From: a virus
Taxonomy: Duplodnaviria; Caudoviricetes
Strand: one strand, 5' to 3'
IMG/VR virus record: IMGVR_UViG_3300030419_007201
Span: 2,079 to 66,078 of that record
DNA length: 64,000 nt
Numbering within the stretch: the stretch's first letter is position 1; every line of letters begins with the position of its first letter. The position numbers were made by a program, and so were the translations under genes. This document shows positions 10,525-20,319 of the stretch, piece after piece. The notes beneath the pieces are model-generated. The model had not been told where the DNA came from and did no database searches. It saw only the letters and a program-made list of their open reading frames with translations.

Positions 10525-11681
10525 TTGTTTCCTCTTATTTTCTCTATAGCTAACTCGGCTTCTTGCATTGTTAAGCTCAAGCTTGGTCTAATTCTGATCG
10601 ATCTTTTTCCTGTTGGGTTACATAAAACGCCATCTAGAAAAAGATTGTTTACAAAATTATTTCGTTTTTCGGTGTCTGGCAAGTCAAAAGCGATAATCAA
10701 GCCGTTGTTTCTTACGTTGCTTAGTTTCTCATCTGTTGATAAGGATTGTGTTAAATAATCACCCATCTTACTAACATTATCTAATATATTGTATTTCTGA
10801 TAGGCTTTCATTATATATTTGCATCGTATCATATCAGTAACATCGGCATTCCAAGTAACATCTAGGCGGGTGATTTCGCCTTTTTTGAATGTTTGGCTAT
10901 GCTGTTCATTTACCATTATACCAGATAATTGAGTCTTTTTACCAAAAATAATGATATCAGGCTCATAATCTAGATGTTCGTGATACCACACTTTGCCTGT
11001 GCCACCAAAACCAACTTGAATCTCATCGAACACAAGAGGTACGTTATATTTATCTGACAATTCCTTAAGGCCATTCATAAAGTCCTTGTCTAAATGCACA
11101 TCACCGACACTACATTGGATAGGCTCGACCAATATACAGGTTACTTGTCCGCCTGCTAACTGGAATTCTACTTGCTCTAAATCTAAATCTACTTTACACG
11201 AATAAACATTTGGCATGCCAACTAATTTTGGCTCAACCGCTTCGAATCGAGACGTTACAAAATTTCCAAAACTGTTGATGCCGTGAAAGCTATTGTTAAA
11301 CGACAAGACTCGTGGTGTGTGAAAATTCTTGTACCTCAAGCAAGTTTTTATTGCTGCTTCAACAGCTAGCGCGCCTGTGCAACAATAATGAAAATACTTA
11401 TAATTTCCTTGGCCAGCATACTCAGTAAACATCTCATCGAATTCTAAAGTTTCATCAGAGACAAACTCACAATTATTTACTTTGAAACTAGACACCGACA
11501 TAAACTCTTTCTTGAATTCATCAGTTTGAAATATTTCATGATTGTATCCCAACGGCAATGATGCGTACATTCCAAAGAAATCTAAGTATTCGCGCTCTGT
11601 TCTTTTGTCGTATAAGTAAGAATCATGAGATTTATCAAAATCGATCTTTATGTTAAATTTACTATTTGTAGCTATGCTCAT
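10518..11681 (-). CDS. Class III PLP aminotransferase (lysine-6-transaminase-like)
   Basis: TGALAVEAAIK, SFHG, VEPIQ, FDEIQVGFG, FGKKTQ. Confidence 0.85.
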   Translation of the reverse strand: MSIATNSKFNIKIDFDKSHDSYLYDKRTEREYLDFFGMYASLPLGYNHEIFQTDEFKKEFMSVSSFKVNNCEFVSDETLEFDEMFTEYAGQGNYKYFHYCCTGALAVEAAIKTCLRYKNFHTPRVLSFNNSFHGINSFGNFVTSRFEAVEPKLVGMPNVYSCKVDLDLEQVEFQLAGGQVTCILVEPIQCSVGDVHLDKDFMNGLKELSDKYNVPLVFDEIQVGFGGTGKVWYHEHLDYEPDIIIFGKKTQLSGIMVNEQHSQTFKKGEITRLDVTWNADVTDMIRCKYIMKAYQKYNILDNVSKMGDYLTQSLSTDEKLSNVRNNGLIIAFDLPDTEKRNNFVNNLFLDGVLCNPTGKRSIRIRPSLSLTMQEAELAIEKIRGNKC

Positions 11682-12739
11682 TTTTCCTCCACAGCTATTT
11701 TAAAATATTCAGATATGTATTTTTTTATTTTATCTTTATTGGATATCTTTTTTACCTTGATCTTATCACCTTCAGGTAAAATGCATACGATACTGTCGTC
11801 GATATTTTTCTTATCTTTTGATAGCAAGCTCATGTACTCTTTTAGTTGATCAGGCTGAATATTGAAATCAGGAATGTTTTTTCTTATTATTTGATGTAAC
11901 TTATCATATTTTTGATAATTGATATAATCTAGTTTATAGGATAAAAAATTTGCTATATCCATGCCTAATGTAACAGCTTGGCCATGAGGTACTTTATATT
12001 TAGACAATGACTCAATCGCATGTCCGAAAGTATGGCCGTAATTATACACTCTTCTTTCGGAATTATCAAATTCGTCTGTCTCTACAAGGTGTTTTTTCAT
12101 TTTTAGGCTTTGCTTGATGTAAAATTCTAAACGACCATAGTCTCCTTGAATTATCTGATCATAATCGGACATCAATAGTTCCGCTATAGAAGTATCATAT
12201 ATTAAAAAATAATGTAGCATTTCGCCTATACCAGATTTAATATCGCTTGTTTCTAAACTGTCAATAAACCTTGGACAAGAAATAATTTCTCGTGGAGGAT
12301 GAAACGTTCCTAGTAAATTCTTAGCAGTGCTGAAATTGATCGACGTTTTACTACCAATACAACTATCAGCCTGAGCTAGTAGTGTTGTCGGTACAAACAT
12401 CCATTCAACCCCTCTATAGATTATAGATGCTAAAAACCCTACCACATCTTGTGTAATACCGCCGCCAATAGCTACAAGCCTATGATTCTTTTTAAACCCC
12501 TTTTCTATTATTGTGGAAGCCAGTATCTCTACCTGTAGCAAAGTTTTCGAGCTTTCATCTGCTTCTAGTTCATATACTTCGTTATCAAAAGAATTTCTAA
12601 TTTCTGGATATAAGTTACTGATGTTTTTATCAATCACAAGATAATCATTCTTTCTGATGAAATTGCTAAGTTCTAGTGTTTCTATATATTTAACAAAATA
12701 TTCACCTGTGTATGATCTAATTGTCAATGTATCAGACAT
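11678..12739 (-). CDS. 3-dehydroquinate-synthase-like sugar-phosphate cyclase
   Basis: GGGITQD, PTTLLAQADSCIGSKTSIN, KNLLGTF, NYGHTFGHAIE, HGQAV. Confidence 0.85.
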   Translation of the reverse strand: MSDTLTIRSYTGEYFVKYIETLELSNFIRKNDYLVIDKNISNLYPEIRNSFDNEVYELEADESSKTLLQVEILASTIIEKGFKKNHRLVAIGGGITQDVVGFLASIIYRGVEWMFVPTTLLAQADSCIGSKTSINFSTAKNLLGTFHPPREIISCPRFIDSLETSDIKSGIGEMLHYFLIYDTSIAELLMSDYDQIIQGDYGRLEFYIKQSLKMKKHLVETDEFDNSERRVYNYGHTFGHAIESLSKYKVPHGQAVTLGMDIANFLSYKLDYINYQKYDKLHQIIRKNIPDFNIQPDQLKEYMSLLSKDKKNIDDSIVCILPEGDKIKVKKISNKDKIKKYISEYFKIAVEEK

Positions 12740-13418
12740 TTACAAATCCCCCATCAACAATTATATTCTGCCCTGTAAGATATGAATTGTTATCACTGGC
12801 CAGAAACATAACTACGTCTGCAATTTCTCTCGGCTGCGCCAAGCGTTTCATTGGTATCTGTTCTGATACCTCGTCCATTCCTGCTTGACCTAGGACTTGT
12901 CTCGTTAAATCTGTTTCTGTGAAACCAGGAGCAACTGAATTTACCATAATGTTATGAGGAGCTAGTTCTACGGACATTGTTTTTGTCATACCTGATAATG
13001 CATATTTAGATGTAGTATAGCTCATTCTTTGCTCTTTGGTACAGTGACCAAATATTGAAGTAATGTTTATTATTCTACCAGACTTGTTTTTTATCATCCT
13101 GGGTATGACCGCTTGAGATAACAAAAATGGCGCCTCAACATTGACTCTCATTACATTGTCATAGTCACTTAAAGAAATGTCTTCTATAACATTAATCTTG
13201 TTTATACCAGCATTGTTAATTAATATATCAACTTTGGGAAGACCTGCTAAGTGAAGTGCCAAACTTTTTATGTCTTCTCTACTGCTCAAATCATAATCTT
13301 TGCTACTTAACCCCAACACTTGGGCTCCTTCAGATTGGAACTTAAGCATTAGTGACTTGCCAATTCCTCGACTAGCTCCTGTGATTACAACAACTTTATT
13401 TTGAAAATCAAGATTCAT
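12732..13418 (-). CDS. Short-chain dehydrogenase/reductase
   Basis: TGASRGIG, NNAG, YTTSK, VAPGF; start moved to MNLDFQ. Confidence 0.9.
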   Translation of the reverse strand: MNLDFQNKVVVITGASRGIGKSLMLKFQSEGAQVLGLSSKDYDLSSREDIKSLALHLAGLPKVDILINNAGINKINVIEDISLSDYDNVMRVNVEAPFLLSQAVIPRMIKNKSGRIINITSIFGHCTKEQRMSYTTSKYALSGMTKTMSVELAPHNIMVNSVAPGFTETDLTRQVLGQAGMDEVSEQIPMKRLAQPREIADVVMFLASDNNSYLTGQNIIVDGGFVNV

Positions 13419-14544
13419 CGGCACCTGTATACACATGTGCAACATCAGATCGACTTACTGCCAGTCTAATTGCTGGCTTGTTTCCTACCGCCGTAATATG
13501 ATGAAATTTGCCTTTTGGTATGAACACAATGTCATCTTTCTCTACAATAATTTTTTTGCCTTCAATATTCCACTCCCATTGACCATCGATTATAAACCAC
13601 CACTCATTCCAATCTGGATGATAATGATTTCTATTTCCCTCTCCCGGGAGTTGATGTATCAACGTTGCACTGTTGTTTTCAGTGTCGACCAATCTTTTAC
13701 TCCACGAAATTGTGCTGTCAAAAGATGTCCTAACATCATTAATATTAACTGGCTCTTCGCTGTTAGAGGCATGTAGATCGTTATTAATAACACCATCTTT
13801 CTTTAAGATACTAGGAACATCTACTTCAGTATGTTCTTTGTGGTCATAATATTGTGGTTCATATTTCTTTCTTAAACCTAATGATCTTGCTACAACTTCT
13901 GCAAGTTGAAAGTCTTCTTCATTGTCGACATCAATGGTTGAGTATCCCTTCAATTGACTAAAGCCTATTTTTCCATCACCACCGTGATACCCGCAATTAT
14001 ATTTTTCCATATTTTGCTTATAGTTGTCGGTCTTCCAAGCCATCAAGCTGCATGCATATGCCTGCACAGGCTTAAGGTGCTGCGAAGGCGGAGATTGTTT
14101 TTTTTGATCGAAGTTAATTGGCCTTTCATCATATACACATTCTATCTGTTGGTTGTTTGTTGATATAAGAGTGTCATACTTCTGATCAATCATTTCAGAA
14201 GTAAAGCTTTCTATCTCCTCGGCTGTAATGAAAGGCGATGTTGGTAATATCTGAACCAATATATCGCAAGGATTAGACATCATGAAGTCCATCGTAAAAT
14301 CATCATTAGTCGCGCTATCGCTTGACAAAGATTCCGGACGCTTGTAAAACCTAACCCCCTCGTTGATAGCTAGATTTCCTATTGTATCCGACTCTGAATT
14401 GACATATATCTCATCAAAAATATTTGCTGCTTTTACAGCTCGAATAACATAACTAATCAACGGAATACCATTGAGCAGTCTTATATTCTTCATTGGAATT
14501 CTTTTACTACCCAGTCTAGCTGGAATCATCGCTACAACTTTCAT
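13408..14544 (-). CDS. Acylneuraminate cytidylyltransferase-like domain fused to a C-terminal cupin
   Basis: IPARLGSKRIPMKN, PTSPF, IDVDNEEDF; C-terminal HYHPDWNEWW...H cupin. Confidence 0.85.
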   Translation of the reverse strand: MKVVAMIPARLGSKRIPMKNIRLLNGIPLISYVIRAVKAANIFDEIYVNSESDTIGNLAINEGVRFYKRPESLSSDSATNDDFTMDFMMSNPCDILVQILPTSPFITAEEIESFTSEMIDQKYDTLISTNNQQIECVYDERPINFDQKKQSPPSQHLKPVQAYACSLMAWKTDNYKQNMEKYNCGYHGGDGKIGFSQLKGYSTIDVDNEEDFQLAEVVARSLGLRKKYEPQYYDHKEHTEVDVPSILKKDGVINNDLHASNSEEPVNINDVRTSFDSTISWSKRLVDTENNSATLIHQLPGEGNRNHYHPDWNEWWFIIDGQWEWNIEGKKIIVEKDDIVFIPKGKFHHITAVGNKPAIRLAVSRSDVAHVYTGADES

Positions 14545-14545
14545 A

Positions 14546-15391
14546 TTAGCCTCGCTTTACAAAATTTTCTGTCAAATATTCGTCCAAAGTCAGCACTGAA
14601 TCATGATAATGGTTTACTATTTTACGAAAATAGTCAATCTGCGGCTGTTGTTGGTGTATATCAATTCTTAAATCTGAAATATCGGGTTCTCTATTTGCTG
14701 TGCTGGTAAAGTTTTTATTCTTCGCCGCCTCATCATGATATTTGTCGTAATAAACGTTTCCGAAAGTATTCATGTTGAAAAACGTCATCCCTGTCACAAA
14801 CAGTTCTTCAATATCATAATTCAGCAACGTTATGATTCCTGTCAAGCCAGTATTGCAGGTTGTGCCTACCTCTTTAAAAACTTTAAACAAATAACCATCG
14901 CACACATTATGCCATGGCCGGCCTATGCTATCTAAAAAATCCTCTACTCGTTTAATATCCCACATAGATACCATAGGACAAACAACGTATTTCAAGGAAC
15001 GAGCAAAATCCATATTTTTATGCAAAGCATTAATTTTGTGAACATTTAAACAATTCATTAGTATATCAGTTCTCTTGCCATAATCATCCCACAGATCTTC
15101 TGGCATATGGTAAGCTTGATTAATTCTAACAACGACATCATATGAATCTATCAACAAGCCTAGTCCTTTGCCTTTTAGATGTGGCGAAGGGCATACATAT
15201 GCCACTCTTTTGCCAGAGAGATATTCTGATAAATCTTTATCAAAATTATAATCACGAAACCCATCAACAAACGGAGAGCCCGGGCCGATCATTTCACCCA
15301 GATTTTTTAATTGAACTTCTGGCTCTGGAGTTGACGATTGCCAGGATGGGGGGCTTCCGGAAAGAGGAATATCAATAATACTGTTCTTCAT
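14546..15391 (-). CDS. GT29 (sialyltransferase)-like protein
   Basis: RVAYVCPS..LKGKGLG..IDSYDVVVRIN...DYGKRTD (sialylmotif L-like); TG...GMTF (motif S-like). Confidence 0.65.
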   Translation of the reverse strand: MKNSIIDIPLSGSPPSWQSSTPEPEVQLKNLGEMIGPGSPFVDGFRDYNFDKDLSEYLSGKRVAYVCPSPHLKGKGLGLLIDSYDVVVRINQAYHMPEDLWDDYGKRTDILMNCLNVHKINALHKNMDFARSLKYVVCPMVSMWDIKRVEDFLDSIGRPWHNVCDGYLFKVFKEVGTTCNTGLTGIITLLNYDIEELFVTGMTFFNMNTFGNVYYDKYHDEAAKNKNFTSTANREPDISDLRIDIHQQQPQIDYFRKIVNHYHDSVLTLDEYLTENFVKRG

Positions 15392-15394
15392 TGT

Positions 15395-16345
15395 TTACCA
15401 TATAAAATTTTTCTTGTAATACTGAACTATAGATGCTATCTCGTTATCAAATATTTTCTTAGGAGACCATCCTAGACTTTTTAGTTTACTGTCATCTAAA
15501 GAATACCTTACGTCTTGCCCTTCTCTATCATAAGAGAAGTCAACATACTTAAGCCACTCTGCGGATTTTCCGTGATATTCTACAATGATCTTTTCAACTG
15601 TATCAATATTTGCTTGTTCGAAGTCGCCGGCTACATTATAAATTTCGTTTACTATTCCCGAATCGATTATAGTCATAACTGCTTCTGCTGTATCATCAGC
15701 ATGTAGCCAGTTTCTAACCGGGGTTCCATCATTGTGAAGGCGAATCTTTTTGCCTGAATTTAATTTTTTAACAGATAACGGAATGAGCTTCTCTGGATAT
15801 TGATATATGCCATAGTTATTAGTTGGCCTGATTATAATGTATTCTAAATTATATGTCCTGGACCATGCTAAGATTAGCATATCAGCTGCAGCTTTAGCTG
15901 CTGAGTATGGGTTACTAGGCTTTAATAAATCCTTTTCGGTATGATCACCTACTGCAATGTCGCCATAGACCTCATCCGTGCTAAAATGAAAGAAGATAGG
16001 CCTTTTTGATACATTTTCTGGCTTGTGCCTTATAAGCTCTAATAAATTTTTTGTACCAATTATATTAGTATTAATAAATTCATGGCTATCAATTATGCTG
16101 TTGCCAACATGAGATTCGGCCGCAGTATTAATAATATAATCACAATCATATAAATGGCTTATATCTTTGATATCGATCTTTTCAAAACGAAAGTTCTTGT
16201 ATTTCTGGAACTCTGTCAATAAGTCCGTATTTGATACGTATGTACACTTATCGACCCCGTAAACATGCCATCCTCTTTCTAGACACTTTCTAGTAACATA
16301 TGAACCGATGAAACCCAAACAACCTGTTACATAAACGGTCTTCAT
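15395..16345 (-). CDS. rmlB: dTDP-glucose 4,6-dehydratase-like
   Basis: TGCLGFIG, AAESHV, STDEVYG, NPYSAAKA, NNYG..QYPEKLIP. Confidence 0.85.
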   Translation of the reverse strand: MKTVYVTGCLGFIGSYVTRKCLERGWHVYGVDKCTYVSNTDLLTEFQKYKNFRFEKIDIKDISHLYDCDYIINTAAESHVGNSIIDSHEFINTNIIGTKNLLELIRHKPENVSKRPIFFHFSTDEVYGDIAVGDHTEKDLLKPSNPYSAAKAAADMLILAWSRTYNLEYIIIRPTNNYGIYQYPEKLIPLSVKKLNSGKKIRLHNDGTPVRNWLHADDTAEAVMTIIDSGIVNEIYNVAGDFEQANIDTVEKIIVEYHGKSAEWLKYVDFSYDREGQDVRYSLDDSKLKSLGWSPKKIFDNEIASIVQYYKKNFIW

Positions 16346-17709
16346 TCAGCCTCCTCACACACCCCAATTCTTGTCCTAAAGAACTCGTCAACACTATCTT
16401 TAATATAATTCAGCTTTTCGTCCGTCAGCCCAATGAATGTGCCTAGAAAAAATGAATTGTAAGTCGCTAAGTGTGCATTCGGAAATTCTTTCTTGAGGTC
16501 TTCGTATTCTGAAGCCATGTGATTGTACCCTGGATGATATAGAATATTTCCAGAAAAATAAGATCTTGTCTGGATCTTGTCCTTTTCTAGGTGGGAAACA
16601 ATATCATGTCTAGAAAACGGGGCGCCTTCTTTAATAGTCAATAAAAATGCGAACCAACTTGGATCTGATTTATCAGTTGCTTTCGGAAGGTGTAGGTGCT
16701 TTTCATAAGGCTTGAAAATGTCGTAAAGCTTTGCAAAATTTTTCTTTCTTGCATCGTGCATTTCTTCAAGTTTACTAATCTGCTCTAAGCCCATCGCAGC
16801 TTGCAGGTCCAAAGGTTTCAAATTGTACCCTATTTCATCAAAAACATATCTATGATCATACGAAGTGCTCGGAGCACCTGGGAGCCAATTCTTAAACCTA
16901 TCTCCACAAGCTGTTCCGGAAGTTACATTACCCGGTTTCTTAGTATTGCAGTAGCAGGCGCGGCCCCAGTCTCGAAAACTAGAAATAATTCGCCTTAACA
17001 TAGAGTTATCGGTGGCTACAAAGCCTCCCTCGCCTATAGTCATATGATGGGCAGGAAAAAAAGAACAAGTCGATATGGCCCCAAAAGAACCTAGTTTGCG
17101 GCCATCATAAGTAGATCCAAGCGCATCGCATGCATCCTCTAAGAATATCAGCGAATACTCATCAACAAGAGACATGAGTCTGTCCATGTCTGGTGGATTT
17201 CCGAGTACGTGTGCAAAAGCTATAGCTTTAATCTCTTTATCAGTGTCGGCTTTTAACAGAGCCTCGACGTGATCTAAATTCAAGTTAAGACTTGGAATAT
17301 CTACTCCAACGAAGACTGGAGTTAATCCATTCTGTATAATTGGATTCAAGGTAGTTGGAAAACACACGATGGGAGTGATAATTTTATCACCCGGCTTGAG
17401 TTGGAACTTTCCGGCGCGCCGCGAAGTCAGCGCTGACATCATTAACAAATTTGCCGAACTGCCGGAGTTTGTCAGCATTCCATGCTTCTTGCCCAATTCT
17501 TTGGAGAACTTGAATTCAAACTCTCTTGCTTTTTCACCAAAAATCATCCAGCCGTCTAAAAGACGGCTGACTGCTGCAGTATACTCTTTGCTATCAAAAT
17601 ATGGGCCTGAGTATGAAACCCAATCCTCTCCCGGAGTCCAAGATTCAGATTCATGTTTTTCGTTAATAAACTTCTCAACTAGTTCTAATATATCTTGCTT
17701 TGTTGTCAT
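16342..17709 (-). CDS. rfbH: RfbH/DdhC-type NDP-4-keto-6-deoxyglucose 3-dehydratase (E1)
   Basis: SFFPAHHMTIGEGG (His at the PLP-Lys position), RDWGRACYC Fe-S motif, YDHRY..GYNLK. Confidence 0.85.
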   Translation of the reverse strand: MTTKQDILELVEKFINEKHESESWTPGEDWVSYSGPYFDSKEYTAAVSRLLDGWMIFGEKAREFEFKFSKELGKKHGMLTNSGSSANLLMMSALTSRRAGKFQLKPGDKIITPIVCFPTTLNPIIQNGLTPVFVGVDIPSLNLNLDHVEALLKADTDKEIKAIAFAHVLGNPPDMDRLMSLVDEYSLIFLEDACDALGSTYDGRKLGSFGAISTCSFFPAHHMTIGEGGFVATDNSMLRRIISSFRDWGRACYCNTKKPGNVTSGTACGDRFKNWLPGAPSTSYDHRYVFDEIGYNLKPLDLQAAMGLEQISKLEEMHDARKKNFAKLYDIFKPYEKHLHLPKATDKSDPSWFAFLLTIKEGAPFSRHDIVSHLEKDKIQTRSYFSGNILYHPGYNHMASEYEDLKKEFPNAHLATYNSFFLGTFIGLTDEKLNYIKDSVDEFFRTRIGVCEEAE

Positions 17710-18494
17710 TTTATTCCTCGCCGTTCTTTAAGCGTTGCGATCGTTTCTTCTATTCTAGAAACTGTGTCGCTTGATACGATATTGTTTAAATAATCTGTAT
17801 TTACTCCCCAATAGTTCTCGTATCCTCTATTCAGGACCTTTATATCTATTTTGGGGTTGCATTTGTCTCTGATTATACTACCAATCTCTTTTAAAGTTAA
17901 GCTAGTTTTATAGCTACAATCTACGTTTTTTTCTAAATTATTATCTTTAATATAGTGATGAACCAAAGTCATTAAATCTTTCATATGAAAAAAGTCCATT
18001 CTCCTGTCCTTATGTATGATAATATCTTGTCCATTCAAAGCACGAGTAACGCTGGCTTTAATAAAGCGTGTATCAATCTCGTTTTCGTCAAAGAGTCCAT
18101 ATATCCTTATATTATAAAAGAAGTCTAATCTGTCGATAACTGTACCTATCGCTTTTTTACTGATACCATAAAAAGTATTAGGATTTATTTGTGCTCCAGA
18201 TCCAAAATGAATGAATTTGTTATATTTTGTTCGATGTCTCAACAGATTACAAAACATTTCTAAATTATCTGAAATGATTGACTCTTCTTCTTGTTTAAGG
18301 CGGCTCCCGCCGACAACAGCTGTGTGTATGACAACATCGCAAGTAAAATTTTCAAAATATTTATCAACCTGTTTTTTATCTAATAAGTCGCATACAGCTC
18401 TGTTAAGTTCATATACTTCATAGCCCTTGCTTTTCAGATACTTGCTCATTGAAGATCCGATATAGCCATTAGATCCTGTAACTAGTATTCTCAT
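17706..18494 (-). CDS. NAD-dependent epimerase/reductase
   Basis: TGSNGYIG, YGISK. Confidence 0.85.
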   Translation of the reverse strand: MRILVTGSNGYIGSSMSKYLKSKGYEVYELNRAVCDLLDKKQVDKYFENFTCDVVIHTAVVGGSRLKQEEESIISDNLEMFCNLLRHRTKYNKFIHFGSGAQINPNTFYGISKKAIGTVIDRLDFFYNIRIYGLFDENEIDTRFIKASVTRALNGQDIIIHKDRRMDFFHMKDLMTLVHHYIKDNNLEKNVDCSYKTSLTLKEIGSIIRDKCNPKIDIKVLNRGYENYWGVNTDYLNNIVSSDTVSRIEETIATLKERRGIK

Positions 18495-18495
18495 C

Positions 18496-18972
18496 TTACC
18501 TTTTTAAGTTTAGATATCCAGGGCGTTTTTTGTATATAAAAGAAGAAAATATCATCTCCATTTCATCTACATTTGCTGGGTGGTGTACATCGATGTTGTC
18601 AAAAGCTGACATGATTTTTCTATCGTCTTCTGCCCAGTGAGAGAACCCCAAATAACCATAATCTTTATCTCGTCCGCCGCCGACAAGCTTTACTGGTATC
18701 CCTTCATGATCTAAATAATTTCTGATCAATTCAAATGGCCTGTATAAAAGAAATGGTGTTATCGAATATACAATTGGAATCTTCCCTTCCATGGCCATTC
18801 CAGTAGCCATGCCCATCATAAGCTGCTCAGACGAGCCTACATTATAAAACCGACTAGGATAGTCAATCTTAATCTTATCCCATAGCCCATAACCTAAATC
18901 TCCTGTTATTAAAACAAGCCTAGGCTCGACGGCCATCTCATCGTGTAATAATTTGCTGAAGTCTTTTCTCAT
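18496..18972 (-). CDS. Transketolase-like, pyrimidine-binding subunit
   Basis: TGDLGY, NVGSSEQ.MMG.A.G.A..G, GFSHWAEDD. Confidence 0.85.
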   Translation of the reverse strand: MRKDFSKLLHDEMAVEPRLVLITGDLGYGLWDKIKIDYPSRFYNVGSSEQLMMGMATGMAMEGKIPIVYSITPFLLYRPFELIRNYLDHEGIPVKLVGGGRDKDYGYLGFSHWAEDDRKIMSAFDNIDVHHPANVDEMEMIFSSFIYKKRPGYLNLKR

Positions 18973-19600
18973 TTTTACATTCCTCTAGAGCTAAGTTATA
19001 ATCCTCTTCGCTCATAATATGATAATGTGCATTGAGGCCTTTTAAAAATGAAAAATGATTCACCGTAGTATATTCTAGATTGATATCCGGATAAAAAGCT
19101 TTTAATCTATCAGCTAGATATTTTTCATCAACAGCATCATATGCAGCATATCCGTTTATATTAACATACACTTTGATATTTTTAATATTGTTTTCCTGTA
19201 TATAGCGCAAAGATTCCCATATTGAACCCTCTGCGCACTCACCGTCACTAATAAGACAGTAAACATCTCTATTTTTGTCTGCTAAAGCTCGGCCTACCGC
19301 GACGGTTAATCCAAGACCCAAACTACCAGTTGAACAGTATATTTTGTTGTCTTCATCTCTATGCGGATGGCCGCCGTGCTTTTTAAACAGATCGTCAGCA
19401 AAGATACCATAATACTTCTCTATCACAGCATACAACGCAATGGCGGCATGTCCTGACGACAAAATAAAGATATCTTCTTCTGACATTTGAGCGTAGATTT
19501 TATCAATAATATCAAGCGCAGAAAAATAGCTGCCCAAGTGAGACAAATTGTTTTTAAAGCCTATTTCTAATACTCTACGCTTCAGATCTAAATCTTCCAC
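18938..19600 (-). CDS. Transketolase-like, ThDP-binding subunit
   Basis: SHLGS, LSSGH, STGSLG.G, SDGECAEGSIWE...N. Confidence 0.85.
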   Translation of the reverse strand: MEDLDLKRRVLEIGFKNNLSHLGSYFSALDIIDKIYAQMSEEDIFILSSGHAAIALYAVIEKYYGIFADDLFKKHGGHPHRDEDNKIYCSTGSLGLGLTVAVGRALADKNRDVYCLISDGECAEGSIWESLRYIQENNIKNIKVYVNINGYAAYDAVDEKYLADRLKAFYPDINLEYTTVNHFSFLKGLNAHYHIMSEEDYNLALEECKNEKRLQQIITR

Positions 19601-20319
19601 ATTTCACCCCAGTAAGTTTGTATCATTTTATCATAGTTGATACCTTCTTGCTGGACATTCCATGTTGCTTGATCGGCATGCCAGCGGTAACAGTAGCCTA
19701 AGAAATTATTAATTGGCCATATCAACACGCCCTTGTCTGCTAGGCGGCAATATAAATCATAATCTGCGGCGCCGCCGAATACTTCTGGAAATGTTTCTAA
19801 ATGGCCACTATCATATAGTTTTCTATTATATATAACTGTTGGGCTGTTAACGGGACAACGCTGAAGGCATTGTTTTTTGAATTCATCAATCGACATGTAA
19901 GAGTGTGCTATGTGCCCTCGTCCGTCACCCAATTCTGTGACATTTAGTATGGGGCTCTGCATGGCATATATTTTATCTGGATGGATAGAAATATACTTCA
20001 TACAATTCGCAACGTAGTCTTTCTGTAAAAAATCGTCGGATGCCAACGTAAACAAGTAATCGCCAGTAGAAAGCGAAAAGCCCTTCTCACGGGCTTCGTC
20101 CCAACAGTTAGGGTATATATTTGGCTCTGTATCTATAATAAGTTTGTCATATTTTTTTTGCAATTCTAATAGTTTATCACGAGTATTATCCGTGCTTTCA
20201 TTATCGACAACAATTACTTCTACATTTTCATAAGTTTGGTTTAAGGCCGATTCGACACATATTGTTATCCATTTTTCAGCGTTATAGCAAGGTATGATTA
20301 TGCTTGCAGTAAAGCTCAT
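19588..20319 (-). CDS. GT2 glycosyltransferase
   Basis: SIIIPCYN, VVDNESTD, LASDD, DYDL. Confidence 0.9.
   Translation of the reverse strand: MSFTASIIIPCYNAEKWITICVESALNQTYENVEVIVVDNESTDNTRDKLLELQKKYDKLIIDTEPNIYPNCWDEAREKGFSLSTGDYLFTLASDDFLQKDYVANCMKYISIHPDKIYAMQSPILNVTELGDGRGHIAHSYMSIDEFKKQCLQRCPVNSPTVIYNRKLYDSGHLETFPEVFGGAADYDLYCRLADKGVLIWPINNFLGYCYRWHADQATWNVQQEGINYDKMIQTYWGEMWKI

Noticed and set aside
11678-12739. Plain aroB auxiliary gene for aromatic amino-acid synthesis
   Set aside because: No other shikimate genes are present, motif residues are altered, and it sits inside a sugar-modification operon; gene symbol withheld.
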